Part shown: positions 1 through 9,383 of the stretch, in pieces
Layout of the letters: each line of letters opens with the position of its first letter
How positions within the stretch are numbered: position 1 is the stretch's first letter
Source: an uncultured Bacteroidales bacterium
GTDB lineage: Bacteria > Bacteroidota > Bacteroidia > Bacteroidales > UBA3824
DNA length: 64,000 bases
Reading direction: 5' to 3'
NCBI GenBank assembly: GCA_947168365.1
Contig: CAMVLO010000002.1
Location: 2,691-66,690, forward strand
Position numbers and translations under genes: made by a program
The notes under the pieces: model-generated
Databases searched by the model: none
Seen by the model: only the letters and a program-made list of their open reading frames with translations
What the model was told of the DNA's origin: nothing

Positions 1-796
1 CGGTGTGGCAAATACCGGTACTATGAAAAATTGGTGCGGATATGTATTTGCACAATCCAATTGGTATTGTTTCGGACGTTTGGCATGGAATCCAGAACTC
101 AAGAGTAGTGATATTGCAAGAGAATGGGTTTTGCAAAGTTTATCAAAAAATCCGGATGCAGTAGAAAAGATTGTTGATATTATGCAAAAATCAAGAGAAG
201 CCGTTGTTGATTATATGATGCCGTTGGGATTTCACCATTTATTTGGCTGGTCAGATCATTACGGACCTCAGCCGTGGTGTGCTATCGAAGGCGCGAGAGC
301 CGATTGGATGCCGTCATATTATCACAAGGCTGATAAAAACGGAGTTGGTTTCAATCGTGCTGTTAGCGGTTCTAATGCTGTTGAGCAATATCAAGAGCCG
401 CTAAGAACGATGTACAACGACCCGAAACTCTGTCCGCAAGAATATTTGTTGTGGTTTCATCATTTACCTTGGGATTATGTTTTTGACAATGGATCTACAC
501 TTTGGGTAAATATCTGTGAGCATTATTATCGTGGTGCTCAGCGTGTTGATGAGTTCCGTAAGACATGGAAAACACTTGTAGGGAAAGTTTACAGCCCTCA
601 GTATTCCGAAGTTGAGAAAAAGTTGGAAATTCAATACGATGAGGCTCAATGGTGGCGTGATGCATGTCTTCTTTATTTTAGCAATATATCCGGTTTGACA
701 ATTCCAGAAAATCTCGGATCTCAGAAATATCATTCAGTAGAAGAATGTGAACAAAAGCGTATGAAAAAAGCATACGTAGAGCGTCAGAGAGATTGA
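1..796 (+). CDS. GH67 alpha-glucuronidase, C-terminal part (5' end lies outside the window)
   Basis: The frame is open to the left edge. The sequence NWYCFGRLAWNPELKSSDIAREW...MPLGFHHL...HYGPQPW...LLWFHHLPWDY matches the conserved C-terminal domain of GH67 AguA enzymes. The gene sits in a xylan gene cluster. Confidence 0.88.
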   Translation, partial: GVANTGTMKNWCGYVFAQSNWYCFGRLAWNPELKSSDIAREWVLQSLSKNPDAVEKIVDIMQKSREAVVDYMMPLGFHHLFGWSDHYGPQPWCAIEGARADWMPSYYHKADKNGVGFNRAVSGSNAVEQYQEPLRTMYNDPKLCPQEYLLWFHHLPWDYVFDNGSTLWVNICEHYYRGAQRVDEFRKTWKTLVGKVYSPQYSEVEKKLEIQYDEAQWWRDACLLYFSNISGLTIPENLGSQKYHSVEECEQKRMKKAYVERQRD

Positions 797-806
797 TACA
801 AAATTT

Positions 807-2480
807 ATGCTTTTTATGAGAGTTACAAGGGTATTCGTATTATTGATATTTGCTCTGACAATTTCTGTTGTCAATGCGCAATTACCGGAAATTGTACGCA
901 ACGGCAATGCTTATCAATTGACGGTGAATGGAAAACCGTTTTTGATGCGTGCCGGCGAATTAGGTAATTCGGCGGCATCGACAGCGGAATGGCTAAGAAC
1001 CAAAGTTTGGAAACAGCTTCAGGAAGCAAATATCAATACGGCCCTTGTTCCTATTTATTGGGATTTGTTAGAACCGGAAGAAAATAAGTTTGATTTTACT
1101 CTTGTTGACAGTGTGATAACCGGAGCTCGCAAACATAATATGAAAGTTGTATTCTTGTGGTTTGGAGCTTGGAAAAATTCGATGTCGTGTTATGCACCAT
1201 CGTGGGTAAAACGTAATACACAACGTTTCCCTCGTACCGAAGATAAAAATGGTCGTAAACAAGAAATACTTTCGCCGTATTCTTCTGAAAATTTAAAAGC
1301 GGACAAGAAAGCTTTTACAACATTGATGAGTCATATCAAATCTTATGATAAGTCACAAACTGTCATAATGATACAGGTAGAAAACGAGATTGCGATGTTG
1401 CCCGATGCCCGTGATTATTCCAAAACAGCTACGCAAGTATGGAAATCTACAGTCCCGACTACATTAACTGAATATTTGCGTCAACATTGCAATACACTTA
1501 CTCCTCATGTAAAACAGTATTGGAGCGGAAAAGTTTCAGGAACATGGAGCGAACTTTTCGGAGATGACGAATATAGTGAGGAAATTTTTACGGCATGGAG
1601 TTTTGCCGTATATGCAAATGAAATAGCAAAAGCCGGACGTTCGGTTTACAAACTTCCGATGTATGTAAATTGTGCGCTCAACCGTCCGAATCGTAAACCG
1701 GGAGAATATCCGGCGGGCGGACCGTTACCGCATTTAATTGATATTTGGAAAGCTGCTGCTCCTGATATTCAGATGTTGAGTCCGGATATTTATTTCGGAG
1801 ACTTCAAGAAATGGACAGAATCATATCATCGTGACGACAATCCGTTTTTTATACCGGAACATCAATATGATGCAACTGCGGGAGCCAAAGCACTTTATAC
1901 ATTTGGAGAGTATCACGGATTGGGATTTAGTCCGTTTGCAGTAGAGACCAAGCAGGCAAATTTTACGCCTCCGGTTTTGGGTGTTACAATCGATGTAGAA
2001 GCCGAAAAGCAAAAACATTCTAAATCGGTTACAATTCCATCGGCGTATAATATTGTAAGATGTATTGAGAAAGAGATTGTTGCTGCAAATGGTACTAATC
2101 GTATGAGAGCTGTGTTGTTGGATTCGTTGCATCAAGCTGATACACTTGCAATTGGAGGATATCAAATAATAGCCCGTCACGATAATCTTTTGGGTTGGAC
2201 GCCACAGAGCAAACAATCCGGATGGTCTACAAATTCTGTTATTATAATTTGTACCGATAAAGATCAATTTCTTGTAGCCGGAACCGGTGTTGTTCTTACA
2301 TTCAAAACTATGACTCCTGATAAAACTTCTGCCGGTATTCTCCGTATTGAGGATATTGCTACTGACGGTTCAGGAAGAGTTTTACGGATTTTAAATGGGG
2401 ATGAGAATCATCAAGGCAGACATGTGAGAATTACTGACGGCGAATGGGGTATTCAACGTTTTAGTCTATATGAGTATTAA
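807..2480 (+). CDS. Secreted clan GH-A glycosidase, GH35/GH42-like with a DUF5597-type C-terminus (beta-galactosidase-like)
   Basis: 557-aa ORF with an N-terminal signal peptide (VFVLLIFALTISVVNAQ). It has a (beta/alpha)8 acid/base motif, IQVENEI, and IYWDLLEPEENKFDF. The alternative start at 816 is equally possible. Confidence 0.7.
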   Translation: MLFMRVTRVFVLLIFALTISVVNAQLPEIVRNGNAYQLTVNGKPFLMRAGELGNSAASTAEWLRTKVWKQLQEANINTALVPIYWDLLEPEENKFDFTLVDSVITGARKHNMKVVFLWFGAWKNSMSCYAPSWVKRNTQRFPRTEDKNGRKQEILSPYSSENLKADKKAFTTLMSHIKSYDKSQTVIMIQVENEIAMLPDARDYSKTATQVWKSTVPTTLTEYLRQHCNTLTPHVKQYWSGKVSGTWSELFGDDEYSEEIFTAWSFAVYANEIAKAGRSVYKLPMYVNCALNRPNRKPGEYPAGGPLPHLIDIWKAAAPDIQMLSPDIYFGDFKKWTESYHRDDNPFFIPEHQYDATAGAKALYTFGEYHGLGFSPFAVETKQANFTPPVLGVTIDVEAEKQKHSKSVTIPSAYNIVRCIEKEIVAANGTNRMRAVLLDSLHQADTLAIGGYQIIARHDNLLGWTPQSKQSGWSTNSVIIICTDKDQFLVAGTGVVLTFKTMTPDKTSAGILRIEDIATDGSGRVLRILNGDENHQGRHVRITDGEWGIQRFSLYEY

Positions 2481-2503
2481 TTATTAAAAAAATTATAAAA
2501 AAA

Positions 2504-5059
2504 ATGAGACTGTTTTTTACCATACTTTTAATGGCAATTACATTACTAGTCAATGCACAACATGCAGAAAGATTTGTACAATTTGAAAAAAATGAGAATA
2601 ATTTTGAATTGATAAACGGTAATGCGTTGGCAATATCGGTAGACGATAACGAGTTTAAAGGTGTTTTAATCGCTGCTAATTCCTTATGTTCTGATATTAA
2701 AGCTGTAACAGGTACAGATGCTGTTATCAGTAATAAAAATGCCGGAATATTGGTTGGAACAATAGAAAAAAGCAAAGCAATAAAAAAACTTATCAAGTCC
2801 GGAAAAATCAACGAACTTGATTTGAAAGGTAAAATCGAAAAGTTTATAATTAAATATATTGACGGTCAACTCGTAATTGCCGGAAGCGATATGCGAGGAG
2901 CCGTCTACGGAGTTTATGAGTTTAGTGAACAAATTGGAGTATCTCCGTGGTATTGGTGGGCTGACGTTGCTGTTGAAAAACATGATAAAATTTTTGTAAA
3001 AAACGGTGAATTTACAGCCGGTGAACCTGTTGTACGTTACAGAGGTATTTTCTTAAACGACGAAGCTCCGTGTCTTAGCACTTGGGTAAGTAAAACTTTT
3101 CCGGATTCTGAGTGTCCTACAGCTAATCCTGCATTAGCAAAAGGCATGAATAGTAATTTTTACGGTAAAGTATTTGAATTGTTGCTCCGTCTGAAAGCCA
3201 ATTTTATGTGGCCGGCGATGTGGGGCAATGCTTTTTATGCTGATGATACACGCAACAGTGAGTTGGCTAACGAAATGGGTATTATAATGGGAACTTCTCA
3301 CCATGAACCTATGGCTCGTAATCATCAAGAATGGGCACGTGCCAGAGGTGCTAACGGTGCGTGGGATTACAATACAAATCAAGAAGTTATCGATAAGTTT
3401 TTCCGCGAGGGAATCCGTCGTAGCAAAAACAACGAAGATCTTATAACAATTGGTATGCGTGGCGACGGCGATGCTCCTATGGGCGGTCAAGAAGGTCATG
3501 ATGATGAATATGTTATGGCTCTTGAGAAAAACAAAAAACTTATGGAGCGTCTTTTTGACAATCAACGCCGTATTATTGCAGAAGAAACCGGAAAGCCGGC
3601 ATCACAACGTCCGCAAGTTTGGGCATTGTACAAAGAAGTTCAAGATTATTACGATGCGGGATTACGTGTGCCGGACGATGTTACAATTCTTGTAAGCGAT
3701 GACAATTGGGGTAATATCCGCCGCGTGCCTGATCATCAAAGAGCCGGAGGTTGGGGTATTTATTATCATGTTGATTATGTGGGTGCTCCCCGTAATTCTA
3801 AATGGCTCAATGTTACTCAAACACAACAGATGTTTGAACAACTTTCTTTGGCATACGATTTTGGTATCGAAAAACTTTGGATTCTTAATGTCGGCGACCT
3901 TAAACCGATGGAATATCCTATTCAACTTTTCTGTGACATGGCGTATAATCCTAAACAATATAATTTGCAGGATGTTACAAATCATACTGAAAAGTTTTTT
4001 GAACGCGTAGTAGGAGCTGATTTCGCTAAAGAAGCCGCAAGAATTTACAATCGTAACTGTCAATATATGGCACGTGTTACACCGGAGATGTTGGATTCTT
4101 ATACATATAATGTTGCTACCGGCGAATTCAAACGTGTTGCTGACGAGTATGTAAGATTGGAAGCCGAGGCTTTGAGATTGTGGTTGCAACTTCCGGAACG
4201 TTACAAAGATGCTTATTTCCAGACAGTTTTGTTCCCGGTACAAGCAATGGCAAATCTTTATGACATCTATTATGCTCAAGCTATGAACCGTTATTGTGCA
4301 GAACGTAACAATCCCGATGCTAATTATTGGGCTGACCGAGTTTCGGAATGTTTCAAACGCGATTCTGTACTTTGCGCTCAATACAATCACGATATTGCAA
4401 ACGGCAAATGGAACGGTATGATGATTCAGAAACATATCGGTTATAAAATTTGGAACGATAATTTCCCGCATGAGATGTTGCCTGAAACAGAACGAGTTGC
4501 AGAAAAACAAGGCGGATACGAATTTATTCATAGCAACGGTTTTGTAGCAATTGAGGCAGAACATTATTATTCTGCAAATGCTGACGGTGAAGTTAAATGG
4601 GAAGTTTATCCATATTACGGTCGTACACGAAGTGCAGTAGCTCTTACACCTTACACCAAGCCGGTAGGAAATTCGTCTTTGACATATCGTTTTACATTGC
4701 CTGAAGGTTACAACGATTCAGTAAAAGTACATGTAATTGTAAAATCTACTCTTGATTTCAAGAATGTAGGCGGACACGAGTGTGCAGTTTCAATCGACGG
4801 TTCAGAAGTAAAAATCGTGAATTTCAATGCTGATTTGCTTGATAAACAACCGTATATGTATTCGGTATTTTATCCGACAGTTGCTCGTAGAGTAGTGGAA
4901 AAAGTTGCCGCTTTAAAAGTTAATAAATCCGACATCCACACTCTGACACTCACACCGAAACATCCGGGTATTGTATTTGAGAAAATCATAATTGATTTTG
5001 GCGGATATCAGGAAGAATATCTTTTTGGTACAGAAAGCGAAATCAAAAAAGAAAAATAA
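2504..5059 (+). CDS. GH115 xylan alpha-1,2-glucuronidase
   Basis: 851-aa ORF with a signal peptide. The blocks GSDMRGAVYGVYEFSEQIGVSPWYWWADV and GIFLNDEAP...MWPAMW...GTSHHEPM are typical of GH115. Confidence 0.85.
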   Translation: MRLFFTILLMAITLLVNAQHAERFVQFEKNENNFELINGNALAISVDDNEFKGVLIAANSLCSDIKAVTGTDAVISNKNAGILVGTIEKSKAIKKLIKSGKINELDLKGKIEKFIIKYIDGQLVIAGSDMRGAVYGVYEFSEQIGVSPWYWWADVAVEKHDKIFVKNGEFTAGEPVVRYRGIFLNDEAPCLSTWVSKTFPDSECPTANPALAKGMNSNFYGKVFELLLRLKANFMWPAMWGNAFYADDTRNSELANEMGIIMGTSHHEPMARNHQEWARARGANGAWDYNTNQEVIDKFFREGIRRSKNNEDLITIGMRGDGDAPMGGQEGHDDEYVMALEKNKKLMERLFDNQRRIIAEETGKPASQRPQVWALYKEVQDYYDAGLRVPDDVTILVSDDNWGNIRRVPDHQRAGGWGIYYHVDYVGAPRNSKWLNVTQTQQMFEQLSLAYDFGIEKLWILNVGDLKPMEYPIQLFCDMAYNPKQYNLQDVTNHTEKFFERVVGADFAKEAARIYNRNCQYMARVTPEMLDSYTYNVATGEFKRVADEYVRLEAEALRLWLQLPERYKDAYFQTVLFPVQAMANLYDIYYAQAMNRYCAERNNPDANYWADRVSECFKRDSVLCAQYNHDIANGKWNGMMIQKHIGYKIWNDNFPHEMLPETERVAEKQGGYEFIHSNGFVAIEAEHYYSANADGEVKWEVYPYYGRTRSAVALTPYTKPVGNSSLTYRFTLPEGYNDSVKVHVIVKSTLDFKNVGGHECAVSIDGSEVKIVNFNADLLDKQPYMYSVFYPTVARRVVEKVAALKVNKSDIHTLTLTPKHPGIVFEKIIIDFGGYQEEYLFGTESEIKKEK

Positions 5060-5121
5060 ACAAAAAAAAATATAATTAACATTTAATATTCAATGACAAA
5101 TACTAATTTGCATTAGTTATT

Positions 5122-6522
5122 ATGGAGACTACAAATTTAAAAGAAAACGGCTTTTATAAGCTTACATGGTTGCAACGAATCGGATTCGGTTCAGGCGACT
5201 TGGCTCAGAATCTTATTTTCCAAACGGTTGCTTGTTATTTGATGCTTTACCTAACAACAGTATTGAAAATCAATGCAGCATTCGTCAGCGGACTTATTCT
5301 TACAGTTCGTCTTATCGACTGTTTTTGGAGTCCTGTTGTTGGTCGTTACATCGACAATCATAATCCTAAATTAGGTAAATATCGTACATATCTTCTTTAC
5401 GGAGGTATTCCTCTTACAATTGCCGCTTGTTTGTTGATGCTTCCACAGGTTGCTGAGTGGTCGATGGGTATGAAGATGGTTTATGCTACAGTAAGTTATA
5501 CAGTTCTTAGTATGATTTATTCTGTAGTTAACATCCCTTATGGTTCAATCATGGCAAGTATGACCCGTGACAACAACGAGGTACTTATTCTTACCTCTAC
5601 CCGTATGGTTTGCGCTAATATAGGTCAGATTGTTGTTCAAGCCGGTTTTCCTATTGGACTTGCAATTTGCCTTCATTCTACCATCAATTGGAATCAAGCT
5701 ATTTTCATGGCTATCGGTACTATTCCTGCATTTATTATCCTTCCTTTGTTACCTGTATTGAAAAATTTATTGGGTAAAAAAGGTCTTTATTATACACTTC
5801 TTGCAATTGGATTTATAGGATTTGCTATTTTGTTTGGTATCGGCAAATTCGGTGATGTTAAAAGCTGCACTTTACTTATTCAGATTGCAAAGATTATGAC
5901 AGGAGTAGGTTTGCTCGTAGGTTCGTTGATGTGGGCACTTGTACCTGAAGTAATCACAGAATCAGAATATCGTACAGGCAACCGTCCTGCTGCTACAGTA
6001 AATGCACTTGCCGGAGTTGCTTTCAAAGCCGGATTTTCTATTGCCGGTTGGATTACTCCTTTGGTAATGGGTTGGATTGGTTTTAATTTGGCAAGCGAGG
6101 ATGCTGCATTACCTACCGATCCGGGTGCATGGTTTGGCGTTACAAGTATTTTCGCTGTTGTTGGTTTTGTTCTTTTGACACTTTGTTTCATGGGTAGCAA
6201 AGAGAATATTACTACAACTCCTGACAAACCTGTTTCATTCAAACAGATGTGGCAAGAATTTAAGGCTAGCAAGTGTCTTCAACTCGTACTTGGAATTTTT
6301 GTTGTTGTATTTTTGGCATCGTTTATCAGTGCACCTGTCAACGCTTATTATACAGAATTGGGCAAATATTCAGAAACAGCTCAGAATGCAATTCTTTGGT
6401 TTACAACAATTATTCCTGCATTGCTTTTGATTGTTGTTGCATTTTTGATTAAGAAATATCCTCTTACTGATGAACGTCTTGACGAAATGAATCGTGAAAT
6501 TGAAGCTCGTAACAAGAAGTAA
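5122..6522 (+). CDS. Glycoside-pentoside-hexuronide (GPH) family cation symporter, probable xylo-oligosaccharide importer
   Basis: 466 aa with about 12 hydrophobic segments. The N-terminal motif YGFGSGDLAQNLIFQ and the block RYIDN...GKYR are typical of MelB/XynT-type GPH transporters. The gene sits between xylanolytic genes. Confidence 0.8.
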   Translation: METTNLKENGFYKLTWLQRIGFGSGDLAQNLIFQTVACYLMLYLTTVLKINAAFVSGLILTVRLIDCFWSPVVGRYIDNHNPKLGKYRTYLLYGGIPLTIAACLLMLPQVAEWSMGMKMVYATVSYTVLSMIYSVVNIPYGSIMASMTRDNNEVLILTSTRMVCANIGQIVVQAGFPIGLAICLHSTINWNQAIFMAIGTIPAFIILPLLPVLKNLLGKKGLYYTLLAIGFIGFAILFGIGKFGDVKSCTLLIQIAKIMTGVGLLVGSLMWALVPEVITESEYRTGNRPAATVNALAGVAFKAGFSIAGWITPLVMGWIGFNLASEDAALPTDPGAWFGVTSIFAVVGFVLLTLCFMGSKENITTTPDKPVSFKQMWQEFKASKCLQLVLGIFVVVFLASFISAPVNAYYTELGKYSETAQNAILWFTTIIPALLLIVVAFLIKKYPLTDERLDEMNREIEARNKK

Positions 6523-6540
6523 ACTATAAATAAAAGCTAT

Positions 6541-7686
6541 ATGAAAAAATTATTGCCGATAGGATTAGCATTGATGATGGCAGCGTGTGCAGCTTCCGAC
6601 AAAAATAATGAGACGGAAACTTCACTTGCCAAAGCATACGAAAAATATTGGTATACAGGTATAAGTGTCAATCAATGGGAAACAGCTTCTGATAACAATC
6701 CTCAAACCAAAGATTGGAAAGTGATTGTTGATAATTTCAATTGGGTGGTTGCCGAAAATTGTATGAAATGCGAAGTTGTTCACCCGGAACAAAACCGTTA
6801 TGATTTCACTTTGGCTGACCAGTTTGTAGACAAAGCCCTCAGTGCTAATCTAAAAGTAATGGGGCACTGTTTGATTTGGCATTCTCAGTGTGCCAAATGG
6901 TTTCATTATGACAGCGATGGCAATCTTGTAAGTGCCGATACTTTGAAAGCCCGCATGAAAGAGCACATCACTACTGTAATGCAACATTTCAAAGGAAGAG
7001 TAGCTGCTTGGGATGTTTGCAACGAATGTTTTGAAGATGACGGTGCATTCCGAAACAGTCTTTTTTATCAAATTCTTGGTGAAGACTTCATAAAATTGGC
7101 TTTTGAATACGCTCACGAAGCTGATCCCGATGCTGAATTGTATTACAACGATTATTCGATGAACAAGGCATCCAAAGTAGAAGCCGTTGCTAATTTTTTT
7201 GCACCTTTGGTAAAAAACGGATTGCCGCTTACAGCAATCAATATGCAAGGTCATATAATTCTTGACGATGGTGCTCAAAAAATTATCAGCGATTACGAAC
7301 ATTCTATCGAGACAATCAAAACGGTTGGTGTAAAAACCGGATTTTCAGAATTAGACCTTTCAGTTTTGCCGAATCCCTACGGATTTTCAGGAGCAAATGT
7401 AAGTGATAAATTTGCTTACCGTCCAGAGATGGACCCTTACATCGACAGCCTTCCGGCTGCACGACAATTGGAAATAGATCAGTTTTGGATCGACTTTTTC
7501 AAGATGTTGATTAAGAACAGAGACGAAATTACACGTGTTAACTTCTGGTGTCTCAACGACGGCAACTCTTGGAGAAACGATTTTCCGATTCGTGGTAGAA
7601 AAGATTATGCAACACTTTTCGACCGTGACAACAAACCAAAACCGACAGTTGCAAAACTTATAGAACTTGTTAGAAACAAACAATAA
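6541..7686 (+). CDS. GH10 endo-1,4-beta-xylanase, lipoprotein
   Basis: Lipobox LMMAAC. GH10 catalytic blocks WDVCNE (acid/base) and TGFSELDLS (nucleophile). Confidence 0.9.
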   Translation: MKKLLPIGLALMMAACAASDKNNETETSLAKAYEKYWYTGISVNQWETASDNNPQTKDWKVIVDNFNWVVAENCMKCEVVHPEQNRYDFTLADQFVDKALSANLKVMGHCLIWHSQCAKWFHYDSDGNLVSADTLKARMKEHITTVMQHFKGRVAAWDVCNECFEDDGAFRNSLFYQILGEDFIKLAFEYAHEADPDAELYYNDYSMNKASKVEAVANFFAPLVKNGLPLTAINMQGHIILDDGAQKIISDYEHSIETIKTVGVKTGFSELDLSVLPNPYGFSGANVSDKFAYRPEMDPYIDSLPAARQLEIDQFWIDFFKMLIKNRDEITRVNFWCLNDGNSWRNDFPIRGRKDYATLFDRDNKPKPTVAKLIELVRNKQ

Positions 7687-7699
7687 AAACATCATTAAT

Positions 7700-8677
7700 A
7701 TGAAAAGATATTTACTCCCGAAAGACGTGTACATGGCAGATCCGTCAGTACATATTTTCAACGGTAAGATTTTTATCTACCCGTCTCACGATTATTATTC
7801 CGGCATTCCCGAAGACGATTGGGGAATACATTTCGATATGAAAGACTATCACGTACTTTCAATCGACGGTGATCCTATGACAGGAAAAGTAACTGATCAC
7901 GGTGTAGTTCTCAAACGTGAAGATATTCCATGGGCTTGGAAACAACTTTGGGATTGCGATGTACAAGAAAAAAACGGTAAATACTACATGTATTTTCCTG
8001 CAAAAGACAAAACCGGTATTTTCCGTTGCGGTGTAGCAATTGCAGACAAACCCGAAGGTCCTTTTGTACCACAACCGGATCCTATCAGAGGTTCATACTC
8101 AATCGACTATGCAGTGTTGAAAGACGACGACGGTTCTTATTATATGTATTTTGGCGGAATCATGGGCGGTCAGCTCCAACGTTACAACGAACAAAACGAA
8201 GCTGTTAACGACATCGTTTTCCCAAAACCTGAAGAGCCATGTTTTAGTCCGAGAGTTGTAAAGATGTCAGACGACATGTTGCAATTTGCAGAAGACCCAC
8301 GTCCGATTCGTATTCTCAATCCGGATTATACTCCAATGAAGGCCGGTGATCCTCACCATTTCTTTGAGGCATCTTGGATGCACAAATACAACGGCAAATA
8401 TTATTACTCTTGGTCAACAGGAGATACACATTTGCTTTGTTACGCTATTGGTGACAATCCATACGGTCCGTTTATTTTCCAAGGCGAATTGATGACTCCT
8501 GTTTTGGGTTGGACAACACACCATTCTATCGTAGAGTTCAATGGCAAATGGTATTTGTTCCATCATGATTGTCATCCTTCTAACGGTTATACACCGCTTC
8601 GTTCGCTTAAAGTTTGCGAAATCGAATACGACGAAGATGGTAAAATCAAAACCGTAGACGGCAGCACTGAATTATAG
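7700..8677 (+). CDS. GH43 beta-xylosidase/alpha-L-arabinofuranosidase (cytoplasmic type)
   Basis: YMADPSVHIFNGKIFIYPSHD and EASWMHKYNGKYYYSWS are typical GH43 five-bladed propeller blocks. I chose the start at ATG 7700 because the tracked start at 7667 overlaps the GH10 gene. Confidence 0.85.
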   Translation: MKRYLLPKDVYMADPSVHIFNGKIFIYPSHDYYSGIPEDDWGIHFDMKDYHVLSIDGDPMTGKVTDHGVVLKREDIPWAWKQLWDCDVQEKNGKYYMYFPAKDKTGIFRCGVAIADKPEGPFVPQPDPIRGSYSIDYAVLKDDDGSYYMYFGGIMGGQLQRYNEQNEAVNDIVFPKPEEPCFSPRVVKMSDDMLQFAEDPRPIRILNPDYTPMKAGDPHHFFEASWMHKYNGKYYYSWSTGDTHLLCYAIGDNPYGPFIFQGELMTPVLGWTTHHSIVEFNGKWYLFHHDCHPSNGYTPLRSLKVCEIEYDEDGKIKTVDGSTEL

Positions 8678-8752
8678 CGATGTTAAATGATTATCAATAG
8701 TTTAATTTAAAAACTAAAGACCCGCAGATAATTTTATATCAAATTATTTGTG

Positions 8753-8793
8753 ACAACGGGAGATGTGGAATTATTTTCTGCGTTTCCCGTTGT
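8753..8793 (+). terminator. Hairpin downstream of the GH43 gene (9-bp stem ACAACGGGA/TCCCGTTGT, large loop, T-rich tail)
   Basis: Inverted repeat read directly from the sequence. The loop is large, so this is only a moderate terminator call. Confidence 0.4.
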
Positions 8794-8833
8794 TTATTTA
8801 CATGCGGAATTTGATATATATAATATTTTTTTG

Positions 8834-9070
8834 TTTTCGACACCTGTCGAAACCGCAATATCAAAATAATATTGTGTTTTTTCCACCCGGAGAAAGTATC
8901 ATATCAAAATAATTGATGTTTTTTCCACCCGGAGAAAGTATCATATCAAAATAATATTGTGTTTTTTCCACCCGGAGAAAGTATCATATCAAAATAATTG
9001 ATGTTTTTTCCACCCGGAAAAAGTATCATATCAAAATAATTTGTGTTTTTTCCACCTGTCGAAAGTATAG
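8834..9070. repeat. Tandem array of about 5.6 units with alternating 42/43-bp length (unit TTTTTTCCACCCGGAGAAAGTATCATATCAAAATAAT[TGATG/ATTGTG])
   Basis: Units hand-indexed at 8834, 8877, 8919, 8962, 9004 and 9046. The internal units are near-identical. The edge units carry CACCTGTCGAAA instead of CACCCGGAGAAA. Stop codons occur in all frames. Confidence 0.9.
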
Positions 9071-9086
9071 AATTTAGTGTATATGT

Positions 9087-9164
9087 TATACTTTTGACGT
9101 TTCCATTATGTTATCAAAAAAACGCTAATCAAAATAGTTGAAATAGAATTGTAGGGAGATAAAA
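9087..9164 (+). pseudogene. Decayed copy of the lipoprotein-family 3' module (about 80% identical to 10341-10418, with one 1-nt indel and a premature stop)
   Basis: Hand alignment of TATACTTTTGACGTTTCCATTATGTTATCAAAAAAACGC...AGTTGAAATAGAATTGTAGGGAGATAAA against TATACTTTTGATATTTCCATAAAGTTGTCTAAAAAAACGT...AGTTGAAATGAAATTGTAAGGAGGTAAA. Confidence 0.6.
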
Positions 9165-9383
9165 ATATTTAATTTCATTTGTCGCAGCGTCAGATGTAGA
9201 ATTTTTTTTCTGCGTTTCACGTTTTTGTTAAGTAAATTTCTTATTTTTATTATAATATTTTTTTTGTTTGAATTCTGTTGTATATTTGTACAGAATTTTT
9301 GAAAATGCAAATATAGAATTTGTAATTCTTTTGTCGCGTTTTTTGGGGATTAGAATATTATTTTTATTATACACATAATAACT

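Noticed and set aside
8834-9070. Possible CRISPR array (regular short repeats in an intergenic region). The same question applies to 32668-33108 and 49595-49684.
   Set aside because: The units are directly head-to-tail with no unique spacers between them. No cas genes are present in the window, and the repeat lengths and AT-rich composition are unlike CRISPR repeats.
9125-9310. A 61-aa minus-strand ORF upstream of the lipoprotein array.
   Set aside because: It lies in AT-rich promoter/relic DNA, has a Lys/Asn/Ile-rich low-complexity translation, and overlaps the module relic and the direct repeat R2.
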